A DNA stretch of 64,000 bases from Nitrospirota bacterium (GTDB lineage: Bacteria > Nitrospirota > Thermodesulfovibrionia > Thermodesulfovibrionales > UBA1546). Under the pieces are notes generated by a model. That model saw only the letters and a program-made list of their open reading frames with translations. It was not told the DNA's origin and did no database searches. The translations under genes and the position numbers were made by a program. The stretch is from positions 4,003 to 68,002 of the forward strand of contig JACPZK010000004.1 of assembly GCA_016195565.1 (NCBI GenBank), written 5' to 3'. Positions 47,491 to 55,789 of this stretch are shown here, in pieces; the stretch's first letter is position 1; the number at the start of each line of letters is the position of its first letter.

Positions 47491-48417
47491 TTACGCCCTG
47501 GGATGATGCTCTGTATATACCTTCTTGATTCTGTCGGTTGAGACCTTAGTATATATCTGCGTTGTGGATATGTCCGAATGGCCGAGCATTTTCTGAACAG
47601 AGCGCAAATCTGCTCCGCCTTCGAGCAGGTGTGTTGCAAAGGAATGCCGCAAAGAATGAGGCGAAAGGTTGATGCCAATCTGTTTTCCGTATTTCTTAAT
47701 TGTCTGCCAGAAACGCTGCCTGGTCATTGCGCTGCCCCTGTTTGTGACAAAGAGATAGTCAGACTGCTTTTTCTTTAAGATGGCAGGCCTGAGTTCTTTT
47801 GTATATTTTTTAATTTTATCCGAAGCCCTTGAGTTTATCGGAACAAGCCTTTCCTTTGAGCCCTTGCCCATAATTCTCAGGAAGCCGGCTTCAAGGTTTA
47901 CATTATTATGCTTAAGAGAAACAAGTTCGCTGACACGGAGGCCCGAAGAATAAAGAATCTCCAGCATTGCCGTGTCCCTTAAAAATGTAGCGCTGCCTGT
48001 CCTGCTGTCAAGGAGAGATATGACGTCTTCAAGGCTTAGAGCTTTTGGAAGCCTTTCCCACTTTTTGGGCGTCTGAAGATTTTCTGAAGGATCTTCTTTA
48101 ATGATTTTTTCTATTATCATATATCTGCAAATGCCGCGCAGGGAGGATATAAATCTGCAGATACTGGTAGTTGAATATCCCTTGTCCTTCACATCACTCA
48201 GGAAATCTAAAATATCGGCTTTTGAGAAGGAGTCAAGCTCCTTGTTTTTTGAAGTCAGAAGCTTTTGAAACAACCCAATGTCTCTTGAATACGCCTCAAC
48301 CGTGTTTTGAGACAGCCCTCTTTCCACGGATAGGTAGATAAGGAACTCTTTTAATATCTTCACAAATACTGTCCCTCCGGTTTTTACCTCTCGGGCCTTA
48401 TGATAAATCCTTTTCAT
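47491..48417 (-). CDS. XerC/XerD-type tyrosine site-specific recombinase
   Basis: N-terminal SAM-like domain (LSQNTVEAYSRDIGLF). Catalytic region ...HSLRHSFATHLLEGGADLRSVQKMLGHSDISTTQIYTKV (R..HxxR..Y). Confidence 0.85.
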   Translation of the reverse strand: MKRIYHKAREVKTGGTVFVKILKEFLIYLSVERGLSQNTVEAYSRDIGLFQKLLTSKNKELDSFSKADILDFLSDVKDKGYSTTSICRFISSLRGICRYMIIEKIIKEDPSENLQTPKKWERLPKALSLEDVISLLDSRTGSATFLRDTAMLEILYSSGLRVSELVSLKHNNVNLEAGFLRIMGKGSKERLVPINSRASDKIKKYTKELRPAILKKKQSDYLFVTNRGSAMTRQRFWQTIKKYGKQIGINLSPHSLRHSFATHLLEGGADLRSVQKMLGHSDISTTQIYTKVSTDRIKKVYTEHHPRA

Positions 48418-48580
48418 TTTCTGCTGCTAATTTGTTATACTGTTTGACAATAAATGTCTTTACTTTTTATTATACATATACGGCAGGCAATTGCCACTAA
48501 CAGCGTCTAATACCATGACAGATATGAGATGGTATAGACGCTTTTTTGCCGGATAATAATGAGATTTGAGGTAATGCGGA

Positions 48581-49690
48581 ATGTGCAGGCTGGCTGCGAT
48601 AACATCAAATAAATATTTTTCTCCTATGGAGAATATCCTCGCCCTTGAAACGATGAAAGAAGGGCACGACGGCTCAGGGCTTGGACTTACGCTTAAAGGC
48701 CTCGGCGCTGAGTTCACGGAATTAAAGAAATACCCGATAATGTCAGGCATCTGCTCTAAAAAAGGCATCAAGGCGCTTGACGATTACATGAAAAAAAACG
48801 GGTTCAGGCTCAAGCATGTATGGACTCCAAAAATAAAACCGGTAAAAGGCATTGTCCCTCGGGATTACTACTTTGCGCGGGTTTATGATTATCCGTCTTC
48901 GTATAAGGATAAATCCTTTTCTGAAAAAGAAGGCCTTTTGATGAACACGCGGCTGGCCCTCAGAAAGATTGGCGAGTCTGACGAATCAATCTTTGTGTTC
49001 TCTTTTTATCCTGATGTTATTACCTTAAAAGAAGTAGGCGACCCTCTTGAGCTTGGTGAGTTCTTCGGGCTTGACAGAGACGGTTTAAAGGCAAAGATCA
49101 TATTTGCGCAGGGAAGGCAGAATACAAACTACCAGATATACCTTTATGCATGCCACCCATTCTTTATTCAGGGTTATTGCTCTATGACAAACGGAGAAAA
49201 TACTGCATTTGTTCCAATCAGAGAGTTTCTGACGAGCAGGGGATTTCCGGGCTATACAGGCTATAACAGCGACAGCGAGGTTTTCACGCATATACTTCAC
49301 TATACAGCAAGACAGTTGAATTACCCCTTAATCTACTACAAAGACGTGATTACACCCCTTAAGGCATCAGAGATGAAAACCAGAAAAGACAGCGGAGCGC
49401 TCAGGCTTATCAAACAGTCATTGAGGCCTCTTTGTATAGACGGGCCCAATATGGTTATCGGATTCACCCCTGACGGAACATGCTTTATGGTGCAGGATTC
49501 AAAGAAACTTCGTCCGGGTGTAGTTGCAGGCGCTAAGGGGAAATATGCGCTCATGTCAGAGGAATGCGGAGTGGACAAGGCTGTTCCGAAGAGAGATAAA
49601 TCCATGGATATCTTCCCTATGAAATACGATATGGTGATTATTGCACCCGGAGCAGAGGAGGTTAAGGTATGGAACCAGCTTCAGGGTTAA
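48581..49690 (+). CDS. glutamate synthase, class II glutamine amidotransferase subunit (archaeal-type split GltS, domain 1)
   Basis: Starts MCRLAAI (Cys1 Ntn nucleophile). First gene of three overlapping glutamate synthase-domain genes. Confidence 0.75.
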   Translation: MCRLAAITSNKYFSPMENILALETMKEGHDGSGLGLTLKGLGAEFTELKKYPIMSGICSKKGIKALDDYMKKNGFRLKHVWTPKIKPVKGIVPRDYYFARVYDYPSSYKDKSFSEKEGLLMNTRLALRKIGESDESIFVFSFYPDVITLKEVGDPLELGEFFGLDRDGLKAKIIFAQGRQNTNYQIYLYACHPFFIQGYCSMTNGENTAFVPIREFLTSRGFPGYTGYNSDSEVFTHILHYTARQLNYPLIYYKDVITPLKASEMKTRKDSGALRLIKQSLRPLCIDGPNMVIGFTPDGTCFMVQDSKKLRPGVVAGAKGKYALMSEECGVDKAVPKRDKSMDIFPMKYDMVIIAPGAEEVKVWNQLQG

Positions 49691-51336
49691 GGCTTGACCA
49701 CAATCACAAGCTTTCTTTAAGAGAATTTCCGTACATAATCCGCTGGCGTGATGACAGGTGCAAAAGATGCGGTCAGTGCACTGCGGTCTGCCCTGTAAAG
49801 GCAATAGAAGCAACTGTAAAAGTTCAGAGATATGTTCAGTCCGAAGGTCCTGTTCCTTCTCCAAAAGCAGAAAGAAAGGTCATCCAGATTGTTGAGCAGG
49901 TAACTGATATGGAAAGATATTGTACAGGCTGCGGGACCTGCACACTTGTTTGCCCCAATGAGGCAATAGAGCCTGAATTTAATCCTCAGAATAAATTCCT
50001 CCACTATAAAAATAAAGGCGGAGAGGGATACAAGAGAGGCGGAAGGAGAAACGATCCGGCCATCTCAACTCTGGACAGGCTTAAGTTCACAAGAATCTCA
50101 ATGCTTACCGACCCTGCGCTTGACGCTGGAAGGCATGAATTCCGCGTAAGGACTCTTTTGGGAAGGATACTTCCTCCTGAGGAGCTTCCATTAAAGATTG
50201 AAAACAACAAACTCTCCGTAAACAAGGACAGCGCAAAATTTATTCCGCCTGTGCGTGAGATATATCCCATAATGATCGGCAGCATGTCAATTGGCGCTCT
50301 TTCTCCCCCTATGTGGGAAGGCCTTGCAATGGGAGTTTCATACCTCAATGAAGTTGAGGGCATGCCTGTTGTAATGTGCTCCGGTGAAGGCGGAATGCCG
50401 CCGAGACTGCTGAAATCAAAATATCTTAAATACTTTATCATCCAGATTGCATCAGGTTATTTTGGATGGGATGAGATAATCCACGCCCTTCCCCACATGG
50501 TTGAGGACCCTGCCGCTATAGAAATTAAATATGGCCAGGGCGCAAAACCCGGTGACGGCGGGCTTCTGATGGCACAGAAGGTATTGAATCTCATAGCAAG
50601 CATTCGTGGTGTTCCCCAGTTTATTGATCTTGCTTCGCCTCCCACACACCAGACAAAGTACTCTATTGAGGAAGCGGTCGCAAAGATGATTCAGTCCATG
50701 TCAATGGCATGGGGATTCAGAGTGCCGGTGTATCCGAAAATCTCAGGCACAAGGACAGCAAGGGCAGTTCTCAATAATCTTGCAAGAAACCCATACGCTG
50801 CAGCCCTTTCAATCGACGGAGAAGACGGAGGAACAGGCGCAGCATACAATGTGTCTATGGACAAGATGGGGCATCCTATTGCCTCAAATCTAAGGGAATG
50901 CTATCTCGACCTCGTAAAACAGGGGAAACAAAATGAACTGCCTCTGATAGCAGCAGGAGGCGTGGGTAAAAAAGGAAATCTCGCGGCAAATGCGGCAGCG
51001 CTTATAATGCTCGGCGCATCTGCTGTTTCTATCGGAAAATACATAATGCAGGCAGCAGCAGCTTGTTTTGGGGATGAATACAACCGGTGCAACCTCTGCA
51101 ACACAGGCAAATGCCCGCGAGGAATCACAACTCAGGATCCGAAACTTTACAGGAGGCTTGACGCCGACAAAGTCGCGGAGCGCGTTGTAGAGACTTTCAA
51201 GGCGGCAGATGTTGAATTAAGAAAGATCTTTGCCCCCATGGGAAGAAGTACGGAGCTTCCAATAGGAATGTCAGACGGCCTAAGCACGGATGACAAGGCA
51301 ATGGCAGAGAGGCTGGGGATAAATTATGCGTGCTAA
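49669..51336 (+). CDS. glutamate synthase FMN-binding subunit with N-terminal 2x[4Fe-4S] ferredoxin domain
   Basis: CKRCGQCTAVCP and CTGCGTCTLVCP. GltS central-domain motifs (CSGEGGMPP; KYGQGAKPGDGGLL; SIDGEDGGTGAA). Confidence 0.85.
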   Translation: MEPASGLRLDHNHKLSLREFPYIIRWRDDRCKRCGQCTAVCPVKAIEATVKVQRYVQSEGPVPSPKAERKVIQIVEQVTDMERYCTGCGTCTLVCPNEAIEPEFNPQNKFLHYKNKGGEGYKRGGRRNDPAISTLDRLKFTRISMLTDPALDAGRHEFRVRTLLGRILPPEELPLKIENNKLSVNKDSAKFIPPVREIYPIMIGSMSIGALSPPMWEGLAMGVSYLNEVEGMPVVMCSGEGGMPPRLLKSKYLKYFIIQIASGYFGWDEIIHALPHMVEDPAAIEIKYGQGAKPGDGGLLMAQKVLNLIASIRGVPQFIDLASPPTHQTKYSIEEAVAKMIQSMSMAWGFRVPVYPKISGTRTARAVLNNLARNPYAAALSIDGEDGGTGAAYNVSMDKMGHPIASNLRECYLDLVKQGKQNELPLIAAGGVGKKGNLAANAAALIMLGASAVSIGKYIMQAAAACFGDEYNRCNLCNTGKCPRGITTQDPKLYRRLDADKVAERVVETFKAADVELRKIFAPMGRSTELPIGMSDGLSTDDKAMAERLGINYAC

Positions 51337-53722
51337 GAAGAAATTAAAAATTAAAAGTGAAAAGTTAAAAGTTAAGAAAAATATCTTAAACTCTCAACTA
51401 AAAGTTATAAAAATACACGGCACTATCAAAGGCAAGCGTGTTCCTTCACGTATCCTTGAGGAGCAGATACAGCAGGCTGTTCGTGATGGCGCAAGGCAAC
51501 TACACATAATCGCAGACGGCCAGCACGGCATAGGCGGCAGGATCTGGCCGAGGGGAGAGACTGTAAAGATAACTGTCGAAGGACCTGTAGGGCAGCGGCT
51601 TGGAAGCATGGGAATGCCGGGCACCGAGATTATTGTAAATGGAAGCGTCTCCGATGATGTGGGATGGCTTAACTGTGGCGCAAAGATAACCGTGCTTGGT
51701 GATGCAACTAACGGCGCATGGAATGCCGCTGCGCAGGGAACCCTGTATGTGCAGGGAAGCGGAGGCGCCAGATGCGACACCATGACAAAGCATAACCCGA
51801 GATTCGATCCTCCCCAGTCATGGTATTTCAGAGATGTCGGAGATTCATTTGCAGAATTTAAAGCCGGAGGCATTGCGATAATATGCAGTGTTAATCCGAG
51901 GAACCCCAAAAATATCATAGGCTACAGGCCATGTGTCGGAATGGTGGGCGGAACAATATATTTCAGGGGAACTATCCATGGCTACAGTGAAAAAGACGTA
52001 AAGCTCGTGGACCTGGCCCCTCAGGACTGGGACTGGCTAAAAACAAATATGAAACCATTCCTTAAGGCAATTGACAGGCAATCGCACTACAATGAACTTA
52101 CAAAGTCATCAGATGACTGGAAAAAACTTATTGCATATACACCGCAGGAAAAACGCGGCAAAAAATGGCTCAGGGTATCCCTTCCTGATTTCAGAAAAAA
52201 CATGTGGGATAAAGAAGTCGGCAGCGGCGGTATATTTGCGGAATACCTGAATCATGAACTCTCTTTATTGCCGTACATTACTACGGGAACTGACAGGCGT
52301 AACACGCCGATATGGGCCAATGAAAAGTTTGCTCCTCCATGCGCTTATGCATGCCCTACACATATTCCCTCGCACAAAAGGGCTTCATTAATCAGGCAGG
52401 GCAAACTTAAGGAGGCGCTTGAGCTTGTATTGCAATACAGTCCCCTGCCGGCAACTGTCTGCGGCGAGATATGCCCTAACCTCTGCATGCAGGCATGCAC
52501 ACGGGCAAGGCTTGATAAGCCTCTGGCAGTAGACAAACTCGGAGAATTGTCGCTTGACCTGCCTGTCCCTGAAAAAGCAGCTCCGACAGGGCATAAAATT
52601 GCTGTTATAGGCGGCGGCCCTGCCGGAATGAGCGCTGCATGGCAGCTTGCGTTGAAAGGGCATACTGTCGACCTCTATGAGTCAACAGGAAAGCTCGGCG
52701 GCAAGATTGAACTCTGCATTCCGAGAGAGAGACTTCCTCATGAGATACTTGAAAAAGAAATATCAAGGTTTAAAGAGCTTGGAGTGAACCTGCATCTGAA
52801 TACAAAGGTTGATAAAAATAAATTCAACGAAATCTATAAGGGTCATGAGGTTGTTGCCCTGGCATGCGGAGCACACCAGCCGAGAAAGATTTCATTCCCA
52901 GGCTCAGAGGATACGGTGTCAGCCTATGATTTCCTCAAAGACATAAACCTTGGGGAAAAACCTGAACTTAAAGGCAAGAAGGTTGTTGTTATAGGCGCTG
53001 GCAATGTCGGAATGGATGTAGCTTCAGAGGCTTACAACAGTGGCGCCGAATCAGTAGTTGCTGTTGATATCCAGAAACCCGCCGCGTTCGGCGAAGAGAT
53101 GCGGATAGCAATGGCAAAAGGAACTCAGGCGCTCTGGCCCAAGCTTACAGACAGATATGATAAAAAAGACAGGAAGCTTTTTTTCAAGGATGGTTCATCT
53201 ATTGATGCAGACTTTGTTGTGATGGCAATTGGAGATATGCCGCAATTGGATTTCCTTCCGCAATCTGTGCATACAGAAAAGGGGTGGATTCCTGTGAATG
53301 AGAACTACCAGACATCAGACGTAAAGGTCTTTGCCATAGGCGATGTGACAGGCCTTGGCCTTGTGACACACGCCATTGGCCATGGCAGGCTTGCGGCAGA
53401 CTACATAAACTACCAGATAATGCATGCCCCACGGTGGCCGGAAATAAAACAGCCGATAGCCTACGAGAGAATAAAAACAGAATACTACGATGCCTGCCGG
53501 GGAGATTTCCCGATTGAGAAGGAAGCAGAGAGGTGCATGTCCTGCGCTACATGCCGTGATTGCCGCATGTGCGAGGCAACATGCTACTGGCAGGCAATAA
53601 GCAGGGTTGAACATAAAGACGGCTCGTACGAATATATTGTTGACGATAACCTCTGCATAGGCTGCGGTTTCTGCGCAGGAATATGCCCATGCGGCGTATG
53701 GGAAATGGCGGAGAACGTTTAA
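51326..53722 (+). CDS. fusion of the glutamate synthase GXGXG domain with a GltD-like NAD(P)H-dependent FAD oxidoreductase and a C-terminal ferredoxin
   Basis: GXGXG region (IIADGQHGIGGRIW..VNGSVSDDVGWLNCGAKITVLGDATNG). GltD-like Fe-S region (CGEICPNLCMQAC). Dinucleotide folds (IAVIGGGPAGMSAA; VVVIGAGNVGMDVA). CMSCATCRDCRMC / CIGCGFCAGICP. Confidence 0.85.
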   Translation: MRAKKKLKIKSEKLKVKKNILNSQLKVIKIHGTIKGKRVPSRILEEQIQQAVRDGARQLHIIADGQHGIGGRIWPRGETVKITVEGPVGQRLGSMGMPGTEIIVNGSVSDDVGWLNCGAKITVLGDATNGAWNAAAQGTLYVQGSGGARCDTMTKHNPRFDPPQSWYFRDVGDSFAEFKAGGIAIICSVNPRNPKNIIGYRPCVGMVGGTIYFRGTIHGYSEKDVKLVDLAPQDWDWLKTNMKPFLKAIDRQSHYNELTKSSDDWKKLIAYTPQEKRGKKWLRVSLPDFRKNMWDKEVGSGGIFAEYLNHELSLLPYITTGTDRRNTPIWANEKFAPPCAYACPTHIPSHKRASLIRQGKLKEALELVLQYSPLPATVCGEICPNLCMQACTRARLDKPLAVDKLGELSLDLPVPEKAAPTGHKIAVIGGGPAGMSAAWQLALKGHTVDLYESTGKLGGKIELCIPRERLPHEILEKEISRFKELGVNLHLNTKVDKNKFNEIYKGHEVVALACGAHQPRKISFPGSEDTVSAYDFLKDINLGEKPELKGKKVVVIGAGNVGMDVASEAYNSGAESVVAVDIQKPAAFGEEMRIAMAKGTQALWPKLTDRYDKKDRKLFFKDGSSIDADFVVMAIGDMPQLDFLPQSVHTEKGWIPVNENYQTSDVKVFAIGDVTGLGLVTHAIGHGRLAADYINYQIMHAPRWPEIKQPIAYERIKTEYYDACRGDFPIEKEAERCMSCATCRDCRMCEATCYWQAISRVEHKDGSYEYIVDDNLCIGCGFCAGICPCGVWEMAENV
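51341..51407 (+). repeat. AAAGT-unit dispersed repeat, in frame at the 5' end of the GXGXG/GltD gene
   Basis: aaattaaaaattaaaagtgaaaagttaaaagttaag ... cttaaactctcaactaaaagtt encodes KLKIKSEKLKVKKNILNSQLKV. Confidence 0.85.
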
Positions 53723-53912
53723 CTTTGGTACTTAATAGAGGAATGATGAAGAGGCGCCTCCGCCTATAGAGCTGCAAGCTTTCCGCTGTTCATCCTTAAA
53801 CGTCTTTCTGTCTTTTTTTACTTTTTAGGCATCCCGTATTATCCCCCCCCTACTCCTTTCCTTTGTGATTCTTTATTTATGTACGTAAAAGTAAAGAATG
53901 TTTTTGAGATGT

Positions 53913-53962
53913 AGAATAATCCATACATTAGGATAATCCATACATAACATATGGATTATCCT
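53913..53962. promoter_or_regulatory. iteron/operator-like repeats: two direct copies plus a perfect 13-bp inverted repeat
   Basis: AGAATAATCCATACAT (53913-), AGGATAATCCATA (53930-53942), 7-nt spacer, TATGGATTATCCT (53950-53962). A partial copy AATCCATACA lies near 54022. Confidence 0.5.
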
Positions 53963-54160
53963 TAAAATTTCCTGTTAAAGGACTATCTTTTATTCGATTC
54001 TCTTAATCTCTACTGCATGAAAATCCATACAAAAGCCCCTTTAAGGTTAAGGCGCCTATCACAATATTCTAATTTAAAATCAAATACTTAAAGGATACTA
54101 TTTCTTTTGGCGTGCCTCTTGCTTATAAAGAAAAAACGGCTTAACTTAACATTAATACAA

Positions 54161-54274
54161 GGGAAAGGAATGTCAAAAAAAGCACCTGTCTTTTTTGACA
54201 GGCGACAATGAATCTCAGGATATGCTATAAGAAAGGATATCAACCCTTATTTTAAGGGTACATGAGATTCTTGA
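54161..54274 (+). repeat. 114-bp direct repeat, copy A
   Basis: Identical to 57569-57682 except for 3 substitutions. Contains the CCTGTC-T6-GACAGG hairpin and the ACCCTTA-TTT-TAAGGGT hairpin. Confidence 0.9.
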
Positions 54275-54464
54275 AAGAGACTTTTATAATCGGACAGCTT
54301 ATGAATACGGATATGGGTAACGCAGAGAATTACATCCCATTTAATTCGGCATTGAAACGCCTGCTCTCCAAGTGTGAAGGGGGTGATGAATACGGGAAGT
54401 AAAGGGTTTAGAGCAACCGACGATAACAAGTAAAACAAATTTTATAGTATAAGGAGGAAGTATA

Positions 54465-55748
54465 ATGAGACTCTATAAACTGAGAAATGCAGTTCTAATA
54501 CTGATGATGTTTTTTGTATTATCTCTTCTTTTTGTTTCTTTAGGGTACGCTGCCTCAGATCCCTCTATTAATGATTGGGGCACTCCTCCAGGAACACCAC
54601 CGCCTTGGCAGACAACGGATATCTGGGTAGATAATAATGGAAACGGAATACCTAATGAAGTGGGTGAGCCCTCAAAAGGGATTAAGAACAGGCTCTTTGC
54701 AAAAGTCAGAAACCTGGGCACAACTGCAGCGAACAACGTCACGGTGAGATTTGCTTACGCACCCTATGGAGCTTGGGGATGGTCCTCATACTCTGATTTC
54801 AAAGAGATCGCTGTTGTGACAGGCGTTAATCTAACTCAATCTGGTACTCCAGATGCAGAGAAGACGATAGAAGTTGAATGGGACTTGAGGGATCTATCTG
54901 AAAACAATGGAGGGATATGGGGTGGTTACACAGTAGGAGACTTTGACCACTTTTGTGTTTGGGTAAAAATAGAGTATCCCGGAGACTCTGATACAACAAA
55001 CAACAAGGCCAGGAACAATTTCACAAATGTCCAAACCGTTTTTGGCAAATCTTATTCAATGAAGTTTCTTGTTAAAAATCCTGAAAATAAAGATGCAGGC
55101 GCTGAATTAATTATTAAGGGTATACCTGAGAACTGGAGGTTTGCGATAGAAGGAGTCAAAGACTACAGAAAATTTGTGCTAAAGGCAGGGGAGTTTAAAT
55201 TGCTTACATTAACATTTACTCCGCCACAACAGCCCATTTCTGCAACACAGATAAAGCAGAATGTGGATATTTCTCTTAAGTTAGACAACAAGATTATTGG
55301 GGGTATCTCATTTGTGGCAACTGTGGAGAAAGAAAAGCCTATGGCATTTACTCCATCCGGTGGGGTCTTGAGTCCTTATTTGATAGGGACATTTGATATG
55401 AGGGATGAAGCAAGAACTGTCCTCCATATCATTAATCCAACAGCAAAAAATCTCAGGTTTATGGTGGCATTTTTTGATGATAACGAGAAGCCCCTCAAAT
55501 GTATCCACGATAAGCTGAGCCCTAATGATTTGTCAGAGATAGATGTGCGCAGATATAAGCTTCCAGCAAAATTCGGTGTTGTGAAGGTTGTCTCATTAAA
55601 TGAAAAAGAAGACATGCCAGAATTAGGAATAGTCGGATACCAAAGGCATTTCTTTAAAGGAATAGGAGCTACTGAAACTATATTGCAGCCTATCCCGGCA
55701 GAGGTATTGAAGGATGACCTTAAGTACATCTGGAAGATATGTAAGTAG
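54465..55748 (+). CDS. exported protein with CARDB-like domain
   Basis: Strong RBS and signal peptide. TTDIWVDNNGNG..NRLFAKVRNLGTTAANNVTVRFAY resembles CARDB-type adhesion/Ig-like domains. Confidence 0.5.
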   Translation: MRLYKLRNAVLILMMFFVLSLLFVSLGYAASDPSINDWGTPPGTPPPWQTTDIWVDNNGNGIPNEVGEPSKGIKNRLFAKVRNLGTTAANNVTVRFAYAPYGAWGWSSYSDFKEIAVVTGVNLTQSGTPDAEKTIEVEWDLRDLSENNGGIWGGYTVGDFDHFCVWVKIEYPGDSDTTNNKARNNFTNVQTVFGKSYSMKFLVKNPENKDAGAELIIKGIPENWRFAIEGVKDYRKFVLKAGEFKLLTLTFTPPQQPISATQIKQNVDISLKLDNKIIGGISFVATVEKEKPMAFTPSGGVLSPYLIGTFDMRDEARTVLHIINPTAKNLRFMVAFFDDNEKPLKCIHDKLSPNDLSEIDVRRYKLPAKFGVVKVVSLNEKEDMPELGIVGYQRHFFKGIGATETILQPIPAEVLKDDLKYIWKICK

Positions 55749-55789
55749 ATAACATCTCTTAATAAAATAGACAAAAAAGGGGGGTTAAC

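Noticed and set aside
2621-51407. AAAGT-unit repeats and other short tandem arrays as CRISPR arrays
   Set aside because: The units are 7-8 nt with no unique spacers of 25-40 nt. The arrays are under 70 nt, several lie inside genes, and no cas genes are present.
51394-51918. Long antisense or shadow ORFs inside well-supported genes (for example 51394..51918, 3377..3892, 7862..8362, 11640..12155, 28391..28810, 61028..61609, 57836..58378)
   Set aside because: All lie opposite or out of frame to genes with clear family signatures. They have skewed Ser/Pro/Arg-rich composition and lack RBSs, which is typical of non-coding frames.
54262-54402. 46-codon ORF starting at the ATGAGATTCTTGA end of repeat copy A
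   Set aside because: The start codon is simply part of the duplicated sequence. There is no RBS and no recognisable product. The same ATG in copy B is probably also not the true start of the C1 peptidase, where MEEDM at 57712 is preferred.
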